The translations under genes were made by a program, and so were the position numbers. DNA of 64,000 nt from an uncultured Elusimicrobia bacterium (lineage in GTDB: Bacteria > Elusimicrobiota > Elusimicrobia > 2-01-FULL-59-12). Where the stretch lies: contig OY969767.1 of the NCBI GenBank assembly GCA_963702895.1, positions 160,001 to 224,000 on the forward strand, in the 5' to 3' direction. Positions 40,169 through 48,797 of the stretch are shown here, piece after piece (position 1 is the first letter of the stretch; each line of letters opens with the position of its first letter). The notes beneath the pieces are model-generated. The model had not been told where the DNA came from, made no database searches, and saw only the letters and a list, made by a program, of their open reading frames with translations.

Positions 40169-41166
40169 AGCAAATGAAGTCATTGGGGGAGTTTGGTTGG
40201 CTTAGAACCCTTTTGCCAAGGCTCTATTGGCCTAGACAGCGTAAGTCACAATTGTGCATAGGGCCTGGGGATGATGCGGGGGTTCTGCGAATAACGCCCG
40301 GGAAGGTCCTCGTAGCCACCACAGACGCTATGGCCGAAGGGATACATTTTGAGCGGAAATGGTTTTCCTGGGAAGACCTTGGATATAAAGTAATGGCTGT
40401 TAATATGAGCGATTTAGCTGCTATGGGAGCTGTAAGACCCCTGGCTGCTTTGGTGACTGCCGCGATACCTGGGGATACCCCTGTGGGTATTGTGGATAAA
40501 TTTTACAATGGCTTGGATAAGTGTGCACAGCGGTGGAAAGTCGGGTTTTTGGGGGGAGATACAGTCGGATCCAAGAAGGGCTGGTTTGTCTCCGTGACAC
40601 TCATGGGAGAAGCCAGGCCGCAAGATCTGATTAAGCGAAGTGGCGCTCGAGCGGGCGATTACCTGGTGACGAGCGGTCCCTTGGGCCTGGCGGCAGCGGG
40701 TCTGGAAATCCTGAAGGCTGGGGGCACCCGGCGAAGGGGCAACCAAGAGCTTTTGGATGCGTTTAACCGTCCTCAGCCGCGCCTCGAAGTAGGCGCAGTG
40801 CTGGGGCATGGGCAGCTCGCCAGCAGCCTCATCGACTGCTCCGATGGTCTGGAGGCGTCCGTTCGGCTTATGGCAGAGGCTTCTGGAGTTGGCGCTGAGA
40901 TTGACCTGACCCGGCTTCCTATTCCCCGAGCGCTTGCCCGATGGGCCTATGGAAAGTCCCGACACCCCTGGGACTATGCTCTGCGGGGAGGGGAGGACTA
41001 TGAGCTCATTTTTACCGTGAGGCCTCACCGTTGGAGTCTGGTGAAGCGTCGCGTGCCGGGAGCCATCCTGATGGGCCGCATCCTCGCCAAAGGCAAAGGG
41101 TGCTGGGCTGTGTCGCCAGGTCGGCGTCTTCCACTCCGCAGCTATGGTTTCTCGCACTTTGGCTAA
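40165..41166 (+). CDS. thiL: Thiamine-monophosphate kinase
   Basis: GEF, GDDA, NMSDLAAMG, GGDT, DCSDGL, GGEDYEL, GFSHF. Confidence 0.95.
   Translation: MKQMKSLGEFGWLRTLLPRLYWPRQRKSQLCIGPGDDAGVLRITPGKVLVATTDAMAEGIHFERKWFSWEDLGYKVMAVNMSDLAAMGAVRPLAALVTAAIPGDTPVGIVDKFYNGLDKCAQRWKVGFLGGDTVGSKKGWFVSVTLMGEARPQDLIKRSGARAGDYLVTSGPLGLAAAGLEILKAGGTRRRGNQELLDAFNRPQPRLEVGAVLGHGQLASSLIDCSDGLEASVRLMAEASGVGAEIDLTRLPIPRALARWAYGKSRHPWDYALRGGEDYELIFTVRPHRWSLVKRRVPGAILMGRILAKGKGCWAVSPGRRLPLRSYGFSHFG
40253..40540. promoter_or_regulatory. Cluster of co-oriented DnaA-box-like 9-mers inside thiL
   Basis: Perfect TGTGGATAA at 40491-99 plus near matches at 40253, 40266, 40286, 40470, 40482, 40512, 40522, 40532; AT-richer stretch 40381-40435. 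Confidence 0.5.
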
Positions 41167-41172
41167 ACGACA

Positions 41173-41266
41173 CGTCCGACGTCCGGGGCTCCACACGACA
41201 GGCGCCCGGCCGTTGTGTGGCGGGTCCAGCGCCCAAACTTTGATGTCGGACGCCGCACGTCGGATG
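41173..41266. repeat. Inverted heptamer (CGTCCGA) tandem arrays
   Basis: CGTCCGA CGTCCGG ... TCGGACG CCGCACG TCGGATG. Confidence 0.65.
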
Positions 41267-41692
41267 ACCCTTGCCCTTCGCAGTCCTGAGGCGATGCGTG
41301 CCTGGGGCCACAAGTTCGCGAAGCGCTTGCGTGTGGGTGATGTGGTGGCCCTTGTGGGCGAACTGGGTGCCGGGAAAACAACACTGGCTCAGGCCATCGC
41401 GGAGGCCTGGGGATATCGAGGGGGGGCGAGCAGCCCGACTTTCTCGCTGGCCAATGAATACCCAACGCCGCGTGGAATGATTTACCACATGGACATGTAC
41501 CGGCTCTCAAAATCAGATGTCGCTTCATTTCCTCTCGAAGATTATTGGGGCACAGGTCTGTGCCTGATCGAATGGGCCGATCGCGTCAAGAACCGCCTCC
41601 CTTTGAGGACGATCGCGCTTCACCTCAAAATGACGGGCCCTGCAACCCGTACTTTAGTGTTGCGATTTCCTCCCAAGCTTCATGGCTCATAA
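41243..41692 (+). CDS. tsaE: tRNA threonylcarbamoyladenosine biosynthesis ATPase TsaE
   Basis: GELGAGKTT, SPTFSL, HMDMYRL, IEWA; start ATG 41243 or 41264. Confidence 0.93.
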   Translation: MSDAARRMTLALRSPEAMRAWGHKFAKRLRVGDVVALVGELGAGKTTLAQAIAEAWGYRGGASSPTFSLANEYPTPRGMIYHMDMYRLSKSDVASFPLEDYWGTGLCLIEWADRVKNRLPLRTIALHLKMTGPATRTLVLRFPPKLHGS

Positions 41693-42323
41693 TCGGTATC
41701 TGGCCATCGAGACCTCCAGCCCCCGGCTATCGCTTGCTCTCGGAGATAGCAAGAAGGTGATGGCCACCTTGGCCGGAGCGCATGACTGGCGCCACGCAGA
41801 AAGCGTCTTTGCCGGGATCAAAAAATTACTCAAGCAAGCCCGCTGGTCTGTTCAGTCGCTAAGCGGAGTCGCGGTGTCCACCGGACCTGGCAGTTTCACG
41901 GGGATTCGCATTGGCTTGGCCGTTGCTCGGACCTTAGGGCAGTCCTTGAAGATCCCTGTCGTTGGCGTGAGCTCTCTCGAAATTATGGCGGCAGGAGCGA
42001 AAACACGCGCTCTTTGGCGAGCGCCCCAGATCGACGCTTTGCGAGGCCACGTCTTTGCCGCGCTCTATGAAACAACGTCCGGTGTTGCTCTGCGGCGGGT
42101 CCTCTCAGAGCGCATGGTCCCGGCGAAGGACTGGCCGAGGCTTGCTTTGCGTCACGCACAAGGAAAACCGCTTTGGTTGCCAAAGCTCCACACGTGCTTT
42201 CCCGAGGCTGGGGTGCTGCTCGAACTCGCCGGAAACCTGCTCGACCAGGCGAGCCCCACATCCTATAAGTCCGTCTTTCCTCTCTACATCAGGCAAGCGG
42301 CGGCGGAAGAGCGCAGGCGATGA
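41682..42323 (+). CDS. tsaB: TsaB
   Basis: LAIETS, GPGSFTGIRIG, IDA, PLYIR. Confidence 0.93.
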   Translation: MAHNRYLAIETSSPRLSLALGDSKKVMATLAGAHDWRHAESVFAGIKKLLKQARWSVQSLSGVAVSTGPGSFTGIRIGLAVARTLGQSLKIPVVGVSSLEIMAAGAKTRALWRAPQIDALRGHVFAALYETTSGVALRRVLSERMVPAKDWPRLALRHAQGKPLWLPKLHTCFPEAGVLLELAGNLLDQASPTSYKSVFPLYIRQAAAEERRR

Positions 42324-42763
42324 GGGTCGCTCCACTCGAAGAGCAGTACCTCGATGATGTCTCGGCGATGGAGAAGCAAGACGGAGACGTCCACTGGTCC
42401 CGCGCGCAGTTTGAGCGGGAACTGGAAAGTGAGGTGATCAGGTTCTTTGTGGTCCTTTCGTCCGACGTCCGGCCGATTGTTCTGGGGTATGGCGGTTACC
42501 GGGTGGCGGGGACGGAAGCTCAGATCACCAATCTGGTGGTGCGCAGGGACGCCCGCTGCCGCGGGATCGGGCGGCACCTCCTGGAATTTCTGGTCGACTG
42601 CGCGCGCGGAGAATCTTGTTCATCATGTACACTGGAGGTGCGCGCCACGAATGCGCGCGCGCAGCGGCTGTATCAGAAGCTCGGGTATGAAGTGCAAGGG
42701 ACCCGGTCGAAGATGTATCAGGATCCTGAGGAAGACGGAGTCTTGATGGAGAAAAGATTATGA
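42320..42763 (+). CDS. rimI: Ribosomal protein N-acetyltransferase RimI
   Basis: ITNLVV, RCRGIG, LEVRATN, Y..PEEDGVLM. Confidence 0.88.
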   Translation: MRVAPLEEQYLDDVSAMEKQDGDVHWSRAQFERELESEVIRFFVVLSSDVRPIVLGYGGYRVAGTEAQITNLVVRRDARCRGIGRHLLEFLVDCARGESCSSCTLEVRATNARAQRLYQKLGYEVQGTRSKMYQDPEEDGVLMEKRL

Positions 42764-44928
42764 AGCGATTGCCTGAACGTTCGTCATCCTCCGCGGATGG
42801 AAGCGGGGGATCTATCGTGATGGATCCGACAGACGTCTGGCGGATGGCGTCAAGGGTGCTCTTCGTTGTTCTCTGCTCACTGTTCGCTGTGCGCTGTCCC
42901 AGCTGGGCTGCCAATGAAGCGTATTACAACTATCTGCAAGGGATGTCGGAAGAGCGTCAGGGCAACACCGCCAAGGCGCTGGAAGCCTATGAAAAGGCCG
43001 TACAGCAGGATCCCGAGGCCTTGCAGGTCTATCGTGATCTTGCCGAGCTCCGCTTGCGCATCGGTCAGGCGGATGCGGCCCATCAGGCGGCAGAGCGCGT
43101 CAAAGAACTCGCCCCGAAGGACCCCATGTCCTATATCTTTCTCGGCAATGTGCGGGTGGCCAAAGGGGACCTCGCGGGAGCAGCGGAAGCTTATGAGCAA
43201 GCCCTCAAACTGGACCCCACCAACCTTCGCGCGTTGGAAAACCTAGGCAATTACTACGCGTTGATACAGCCGGAGAAGGCGCTTTCTTATTACGAGCGGT
43301 ACCTTCGAATCAGTCCCCGGGACGCCGATATCCTTTTTCAGATGGCTGTTGTCCATCACAAGAGCGGTCAACTCAGCAAAGCAGAGAAGTCCTATAAAAA
43401 GTCCATTGAGCTGGAGCCCGACCAGTTGGCATCGCATCTCGCTTTAGCGGACCTTTACGAGCAGCAAAAAAGCACAGCGGCGGCCATTGCCGAATACGTC
43501 AGGGCAACGGAGATCCAGGCCGCCAATGCCCTCATTCTCACCCGTCTCGGGAACCTGTACTATAGGAACGCTCAGTTCGACGAGGCTTGGGACACATTTC
43601 AAAGCGCTGAAAAGGCGTCCCCGAGCGACCCCACGGTCCATTATTGGCTGGCGAGGACCGCGGAGGAAAAGAAGAATTGGAAAGCTGCTGCGATCCATGC
43701 GGAGCAGGCTTGGGACCTCTCGCAGGACCCCCAATTCCTGCCTCTCGTGGCTTATTACATGACCCTCCATCGCCAGCCCGACCAGGCCGTCAAGTATCTT
43801 GAGAAAGCCAAGGAGTACGATCCGACCAACGCCAATATTCTCCTCTTCCTTGGGATGAATTATATGGACCTCAATAAGCCGGATCTGGCGCGAGAAGCTT
43901 TGGCCAAAGGCGTATCCCTGTACCCCAAAGACGCGCAGATGCGTTTTCATCTCGGGTCGGCAGAAGATCGCCTGGGGAATTTCAGCGCCGCCGTAGAGCA
44001 GTTTAAGGCTATTCTTGAGATTGACCCGAACAACACGCCCGCAATGAATTACCTCGGCTACTCATGGGCGGAGCGCGGAGAGAACCTGGAGGAGGCCGAG
44101 AGGCTCTTAAGAAAAGTGGTCGCGGCTGAACCGGAAAGCGGCGCTTATCTCGACAGCCTCGGATGGGTGCGTTTCAAGAGGGGGGATCCTTGCGAGGCGC
44201 AAGCGTACCTGCAGAAAGCCATTCAGTATGCTTCGGATGCCGTGATCTTTGACCATCTGGGGGACGCGTATATGGGTTGTCAGCATAGGGAAGCGGCCCT
44301 TCAGGCCTGGTCGAAAGCGATCACGATGGACCCTAAAAACCAGGTGGTCCAGAACAAGCTCCAACAGGAGGCCAAGAAGTTCCTCGATTCCCCGGAGGCG
44401 AAGAAATATCCTCTCTTTCTTGAAGGAAATTTTAAACAGGCACAGAATTTGGCCAGCACCTTTTCGCTCAAAGCGCGCCTGGGAAGGCGTAAGCTGGCGA
44501 CATCCGGCTCCCTGGCTTACGAACAGCCAGATGCGATGACCCTGGATGTTGCTGCGACCGAGAAAACCGCGGCGGCCAAGTTTTCCATTCGCGGCGCCCA
44601 GCGCCAAGTGGAGCCACCCCAAGACCGATGCCCTCTTTGTCAGATGGCCTTTGATGGGATGAATACGTTGACGGAGTTTCTTTCCGGAAGGCTGACGGCG
44701 TCCTTGAAGCCTGTGCTGAAAACCAGCGGCGGTCTGCGAACACAGTTTGCGAAGCCCAACCCCAGCGGCGGTAAGGACATGGTGGAAGTCGTATCCTATG
44801 ATTATGTGGAAGGTCTTTGGCTTCCTGCGGAGATGCGTCTCACCAACGCGACGACGGGCTGGTCGGCAGAAATTCAATTTTCAGACTGGGCCATTCAGCC
44901 CTTAACACACGCACCCTCTCCACCATGA
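42760..44928 (+). CDS. Periplasmic TPR-repeat protein with C-terminal LolB/DUF4292-like region
   Basis: Many TPRs, NYLGYSWAE..YLDSLGW..DHLGD motif; precedes ispE; start may be internal (42820/42844). Confidence 0.8.
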   Translation: MKRLPERSSSSADGSGGSIVMDPTDVWRMASRVLFVVLCSLFAVRCPSWAANEAYYNYLQGMSEERQGNTAKALEAYEKAVQQDPEALQVYRDLAELRLRIGQADAAHQAAERVKELAPKDPMSYIFLGNVRVAKGDLAGAAEAYEQALKLDPTNLRALENLGNYYALIQPEKALSYYERYLRISPRDADILFQMAVVHHKSGQLSKAEKSYKKSIELEPDQLASHLALADLYEQQKSTAAAIAEYVRATEIQAANALILTRLGNLYYRNAQFDEAWDTFQSAEKASPSDPTVHYWLARTAEEKKNWKAAAIHAEQAWDLSQDPQFLPLVAYYMTLHRQPDQAVKYLEKAKEYDPTNANILLFLGMNYMDLNKPDLAREALAKGVSLYPKDAQMRFHLGSAEDRLGNFSAAVEQFKAILEIDPNNTPAMNYLGYSWAERGENLEEAERLLRKVVAAEPESGAYLDSLGWVRFKRGDPCEAQAYLQKAIQYASDAVIFDHLGDAYMGCQHREAALQAWSKAITMDPKNQVVQNKLQQEAKKFLDSPEAKKYPLFLEGNFKQAQNLASTFSLKARLGRRKLATSGSLAYEQPDAMTLDVAATEKTAAAKFSIRGAQRQVEPPQDRCPLCQMAFDGMNTLTEFLSGRLTASLKPVLKTSGGLRTQFAKPNPSGGKDMVEVVSYDYVEGLWLPAEMRLTNATTGWSAEIQFSDWAIQPLTHAPSPP

Positions 44929-45758
44929 TTCGTCTCAAGGCTTGCGCCAAGATCAACTTCTTTCTTGAGATCACAGGCAAGCGTCCAGACGGTTACCACA
45001 CGCTCGAAACTGTTTTTCAAACCGTTTCCCTCGCCGATGAGCTCACTTTTTCGCCAGGAAGCGCACTGAGGCTCAGGTGCTCAGACCCCACCCTGCCTGT
45101 GGATGAGCGCAATCTGGTCATGCGCGCCGCGCTCAAGCTTCAGGAGGCCCTCCAGGAGCGGCGCGGCGCCAACATCTTTCTCAAGAAACTTGTTCCTAGG
45201 GGCGCGGGCTTGGGGGGTGGCTCAGCGGATGCAGCGGCTACCCTGCGCGGGCTTTTGAAACTCTGGAACCGGCGAACCGGGGAACCGGCGCTGAAGAAAA
45301 TAGCCGTAAGCCTTGGGGCGGATGTCCCCTTTTTCCTGAAGGGCGGGCTTTGCTTGGCGACGGGTATTGGTGAGGAGCTCAAGCCCCTGAAGCCACTCCC
45401 CAAGACCTGGATCGTCATCGTCTGGCCCGGCTTCGGCGTCTCCACGAAGGACGCTTATGCGAAAGTTCGTCTGCCTTTCGCCGACCCGCCGGTTCGCCGG
45501 TTCGCCGGTTCGCTTACACGACAACTTCCTGACCCGAGAACGAGTTTATTTAACCGCTTTGAGTCTCTCCTCTTCCCTTCTTATCCTGCCCTTCCCAAAC
45601 TCGAACAGGATCTCTTGGAGGCCGGCGCCGCGGCTGCGCTCATGTCCGGCTCAGGATCCGCGGTCTATGGCTTGGTGAGCTCACAGAAGGCCGGGCGGGA
45701 GGTCTTGGTTTTCCTTCAAAAGAAATATAATCACGTCTGGCTCGCGCACACGATTTAA
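44925..45758 (+). CDS. ispE: 4-diphosphocytidyl-2-C-methyl-D-erythritol kinase
   Basis: AKINFFL, RPDGYH, GAGLGGGSADAA, GADVPFF, MSGSGS. Confidence 0.96.
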   Translation: MIRLKACAKINFFLEITGKRPDGYHTLETVFQTVSLADELTFSPGSALRLRCSDPTLPVDERNLVMRAALKLQEALQERRGANIFLKKLVPRGAGLGGGSADAAATLRGLLKLWNRRTGEPALKKIAVSLGADVPFFLKGGLCLATGIGEELKPLKPLPKTWIVIVWPGFGVSTKDAYAKVRLPFADPPVRRFAGSLTRQLPDPRTSLFNRFESLLFPSYPALPKLEQDLLEAGAAAALMSGSGSAVYGLVSSQKAGREVLVFLQKKYNHVWLAHTI

Positions 45759-45770
45759 TCCCGGGTGGTG

Positions 45771-46222
45771 TGGTTCGACTCGGCCGCGAGGAAGGCGGCC
45801 TCGCTCACCATGGGCAGGCCGAGGCGAACCAGGGTGAGCGAACGAACCAAAGGGAGGGAGTCGAACCCTTGACATGGTTTGTGTACATGTTGCTATGTTT
45901 GGATAAATCCATCTATATAGGCGTTACAAGTAACTTGGAGCGCCGACTCTATGAGCATCGATCAGGCCATGGAGCCAAGCATGTTCGATCAAAAGGGTTT
46001 GAAAAATTAATATGGTCTGAAAAACACAGTGACCAGCAATTGGCTGAAAAACGTGAAGCACAAATTAAGAGATGGACTCGAAGGAAGAAATTGGCTTTAG
46101 CATCTGGGGATTTGGAACTGTTGATGCGTTTGTAGCTCTTTCTCGGAAATGATTCGACCTGCTACTCTTTGTGTCGGGTGGTGAGCGAGCCCATTCGGCG
46201 TTGCTCAGGGCGAGTCGAACCA
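45771..46222. mobile_element. Palindrome-flanked GIY-YIG cassette inserted at the tRNA-Gln 5' end
   Basis: Ends TGGTTCGACTC / GAGTCGAACCA (perfect 11-bp inverted repeat); tRNA nt 1-13 TCCCGGGTGGTGT duplicated at 45759-71 and 46224-36. Confidence 0.75.
45869..46135 (+). CDS. Small GIY-YIG nuclease (YhbQ/UPF0213-like)
   Basis: WFVYML...IYIGVTSNLERRLYEH...REAQIKRWTRRKK; TTG start with AGGGAGG RBS supplied by the repeat. Confidence 0.9.
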   Translation: MTWFVYMLLCLDKSIYIGVTSNLERRLYEHRSGHGAKHVRSKGFEKLIWSEKHSDQQLAEKREAQIKRWTRRKKLALASGDLELLMRL

Positions 46223-46912
46223 TTCCCGGGTGGTGTAATGGTAACACACATCCCTTTGGAGGATGTATTCCTGGTTCGAATCCAGGCCTGGGAGGTCTTT
46301 CTTAAAGTTGTTGATACGTAACGGATTTGGAAATTCGGAGTTTGGAGGCGATACGTTCTCCGTCGAGAAAGTGGTTCCGCGCCACTGAGGCGTCGGCGCG
46401 CCCGCCGAGTCGTAGTGGCGGGGAATCCTAACCGGGGGTGCCTTGGAGGCAGTTACCGGCATGACGTGTGATTTGAGCGTTCGGGCCGTCCCGTTACGAA
46501 ATGATTTTGTAACGGGGCCTTTCTGGGACCGCTGCAAGATTCGCCAGACAGCCGTGCGCGACCATTTGCCGGCACGCTTGGTTTTGTGATCTTCCTTATT
46601 GAGGGTTCGAGCGATCTGTTCTGACGAGAATTTCTGTGACGCTAATGCCTGAATCCGCGCTATCCATTTTGCTTCAGTCTCATGTGCGGCGCGACCGTAG
46701 GGGTTCTGTTGAAATCCGAACGGAACGCGCCCCTGAGGCGAACACGTGCGTGTGTCGAGCTTTTCAACCTTCTCTTCCGGCGGCGGAGCCGGATTCTCCT
46801 TTTCTCGCTTCATTCGTTCGCAAATGCTCGCTTGCACCTCCATTATTCGAAGACCACGTTCTTCCGCTGTCAGATCTCTTGGATCAATCAGTCGATAATA
46901 TGATCGGATCAT
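46205..46912 (-). pseudogene. Serine-recombinase DNA-binding (Recombinase) domain fragment reading into the antisense tRNA
   Basis: GRVPFGF..ETEAKWIARI..EQIARTLNKE..KRAGKWSRTAVWRILQR; no catalytic resolvase domain; GGAGG RBS. Confidence 0.6.
46224..46294 (+). tRNA. tRNA-Gln(TTG), CCA not encoded
   Basis: Acceptor TCCCGGG/CCTGGGA; anticodon arm CATCC-CTTTGGA-GGATG; T arm CCTGG-TTCGAAT-CCAGG. Confidence 0.95.
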
Positions 46913-47187
46913 ATGGCCTCCATAAAAATGGATAGAAACGGGTCGTGTAGTACCTTCCCAAAATGACAAAGTCAAATGAGCAATCCACCCACTGACCATT
47001 TGAGAGAACGTCGCCAAGTAACCGCTTACCTGTTTGGGGGCCTTATCTCTGGTGGAATCATTTGGTTGTTTTGTGCTTTTAGGTGTGGATTGCTTGCAAA
47101 AGCAGTTCAGAAGTTAGGATGCAGCCTATGCGTTCTATGTGATAGTGCCGTCGGCGCCGGACATTCGAATGCCAATTATCTCTCCTG

Positions 47188-48597
47188 ATGTCGCGTTTTA
47201 GCAAAGTGCAATACTTTAAATATGTTGCGTTTGGAATTGTCGGTCTTTTCCTTTCATTTATCGGGATAGGGTCGTGGTGCCGGATGGTGTTCAAGGCAGA
47301 TAAGTCGTTGCTGTTGGAGGTGACCTCATCAAATTGGCGCACGACGACGTCGCTCAGTTCCTCGATGGAGACCGAATCCATATGGGTTAGAAACAAAGGC
47401 AGCAAATCCATTGACTCGCCACGATTAATCGTCAATGGCCGAAAGGACTGGTTTGACTTCAATAGCATATTGAAGGAAGCGCTTGGAACGGCAAAAACTG
47501 AACGGGAGCAAGCCACGGCACTATGGTCCTTTGTCGTCAAAAATCGCTACCAAGGGCCGCCATCGCACCTGGGAAAAGGCAATTACAGCCCCGTCCTCTT
47601 GTTTAATGCATACGGTCATGCGCTGTGTGACGATGCTGCGGTCACTCTGATCATGCTGGCACAGGCAGCTGGTCTTGAAGCGCGCGGTTGGACGTTAACG
47701 GGTCATATCATTTCAGAAATCAAGATTGATGACGAATGGGCCATGTTTGATCCCGCATACGGGTTGATCTCCCTGACGGCAGATGGTCACCGGATTCTTG
47801 GGGTTGAAGAAATCGAAAGCAATCCTGATGACTTTCTTCGTGGAGCTAATGATAAAAAGATGGCTAGAAATCTTATTCCCCTTTATGTTTCAACAAGCGA
47901 CAACGCGCCCTCTCCTCCCGGTCGTCGTCCCAAGCCTGACCGGCGCACGATGCGTGATGTGCTACGGCCCGGAGAGGATTTCGTCCGATCGCGAAAACAT
48001 TGGGGGAAATTCATCGCTTTTAGCGATGAAGAACCGGCCGTACATGGAAATGGGTCTTACGAATTCAGCGTAGACTGGCATCACGGGATCCGGCAGCTCG
48101 CCACGGATAAATCTGAAGGACTTATGGTGAGCGAACGGAACGGGCGCAGGGTCGTTGAACTTCAACAGGGCGTCTCTGAGGGATATCTTCAATGGGTGTT
48201 CGAGAGTCCGTATCCCTATGTCGATGCAAGCTTTGAATTGGATGCCATGGTGACAGATCCGCAGGCATCTGTAGAAGCATACATGTCACTTGATGGAGTC
48301 AGGTGGGAGTCTTTGGTACGTACTGCCGAGAGCGGTGTCCACGTAGTTCCTTTTGGTCATCTTTTACGGTCTCTACGCGAACCGCCGAAACATCAATTTT
48401 TCTTGCGCGTTAAGCTTCAGGGGCATAGTCCGGGCAACGTGCAACTCAAACACATCACTCTCCGGAGAGAAGTTCAAGTCGCGCCAGCAGCCTTCCCAGA
48501 TTTCCGAAGAGGGACAAACGAGATTTTGTTCCGGTCGGCGAGGAGCGGTCCCGTTGACGTTGAAGTTGAATTCAAATTAAGGTCGATCCCCTTTTGA
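47188..48597 (+). CDS. Membrane-anchored transglutaminase-like protein
   Basis: N-terminal TM; GHALCDD...GHIISE...WAMFDP Cys-His-Asp triad. Confidence 0.65.
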   Translation: MSRFSKVQYFKYVAFGIVGLFLSFIGIGSWCRMVFKADKSLLLEVTSSNWRTTTSLSSSMETESIWVRNKGSKSIDSPRLIVNGRKDWFDFNSILKEALGTAKTEREQATALWSFVVKNRYQGPPSHLGKGNYSPVLLFNAYGHALCDDAAVTLIMLAQAAGLEARGWTLTGHIISEIKIDDEWAMFDPAYGLISLTADGHRILGVEEIESNPDDFLRGANDKKMARNLIPLYVSTSDNAPSPPGRRPKPDRRTMRDVLRPGEDFVRSRKHWGKFIAFSDEEPAVHGNGSYEFSVDWHHGIRQLATDKSEGLMVSERNGRRVVELQQGVSEGYLQWVFESPYPYVDASFELDAMVTDPQASVEAYMSLDGVRWESLVRTAESGVHVVPFGHLLRSLREPPKHQFFLRVKLQGHSPGNVQLKHITLRREVQVAPAAFPDFRRGTNEILFRSARSGPVDVEVEFKLRSIPF

Positions 48598-48797
48598 TCT
48601 ACCGAACCCGCATTATTGGGCAGATGAGTTCGTGCAGACCGCTGGAGGGGATTTTAAAGGCTCCCCATTCGGCAAAGAAGATCGAGGGGCCGAACGCAAG
48701 AAGAAACCGGAAGGGTAATTCCCGGTTTGGGCGGGTCTATCAACCGATCAAACACTCTGAGTTGAAGATCCTGATCCCGGATTCGGGCCAGTCGGTG

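Noticed and set aside
46375..46425. Cobalamin riboswitch (GCCACTG)
   Set aside because: Other conserved B12-element blocks are missing and no relevant downstream gene
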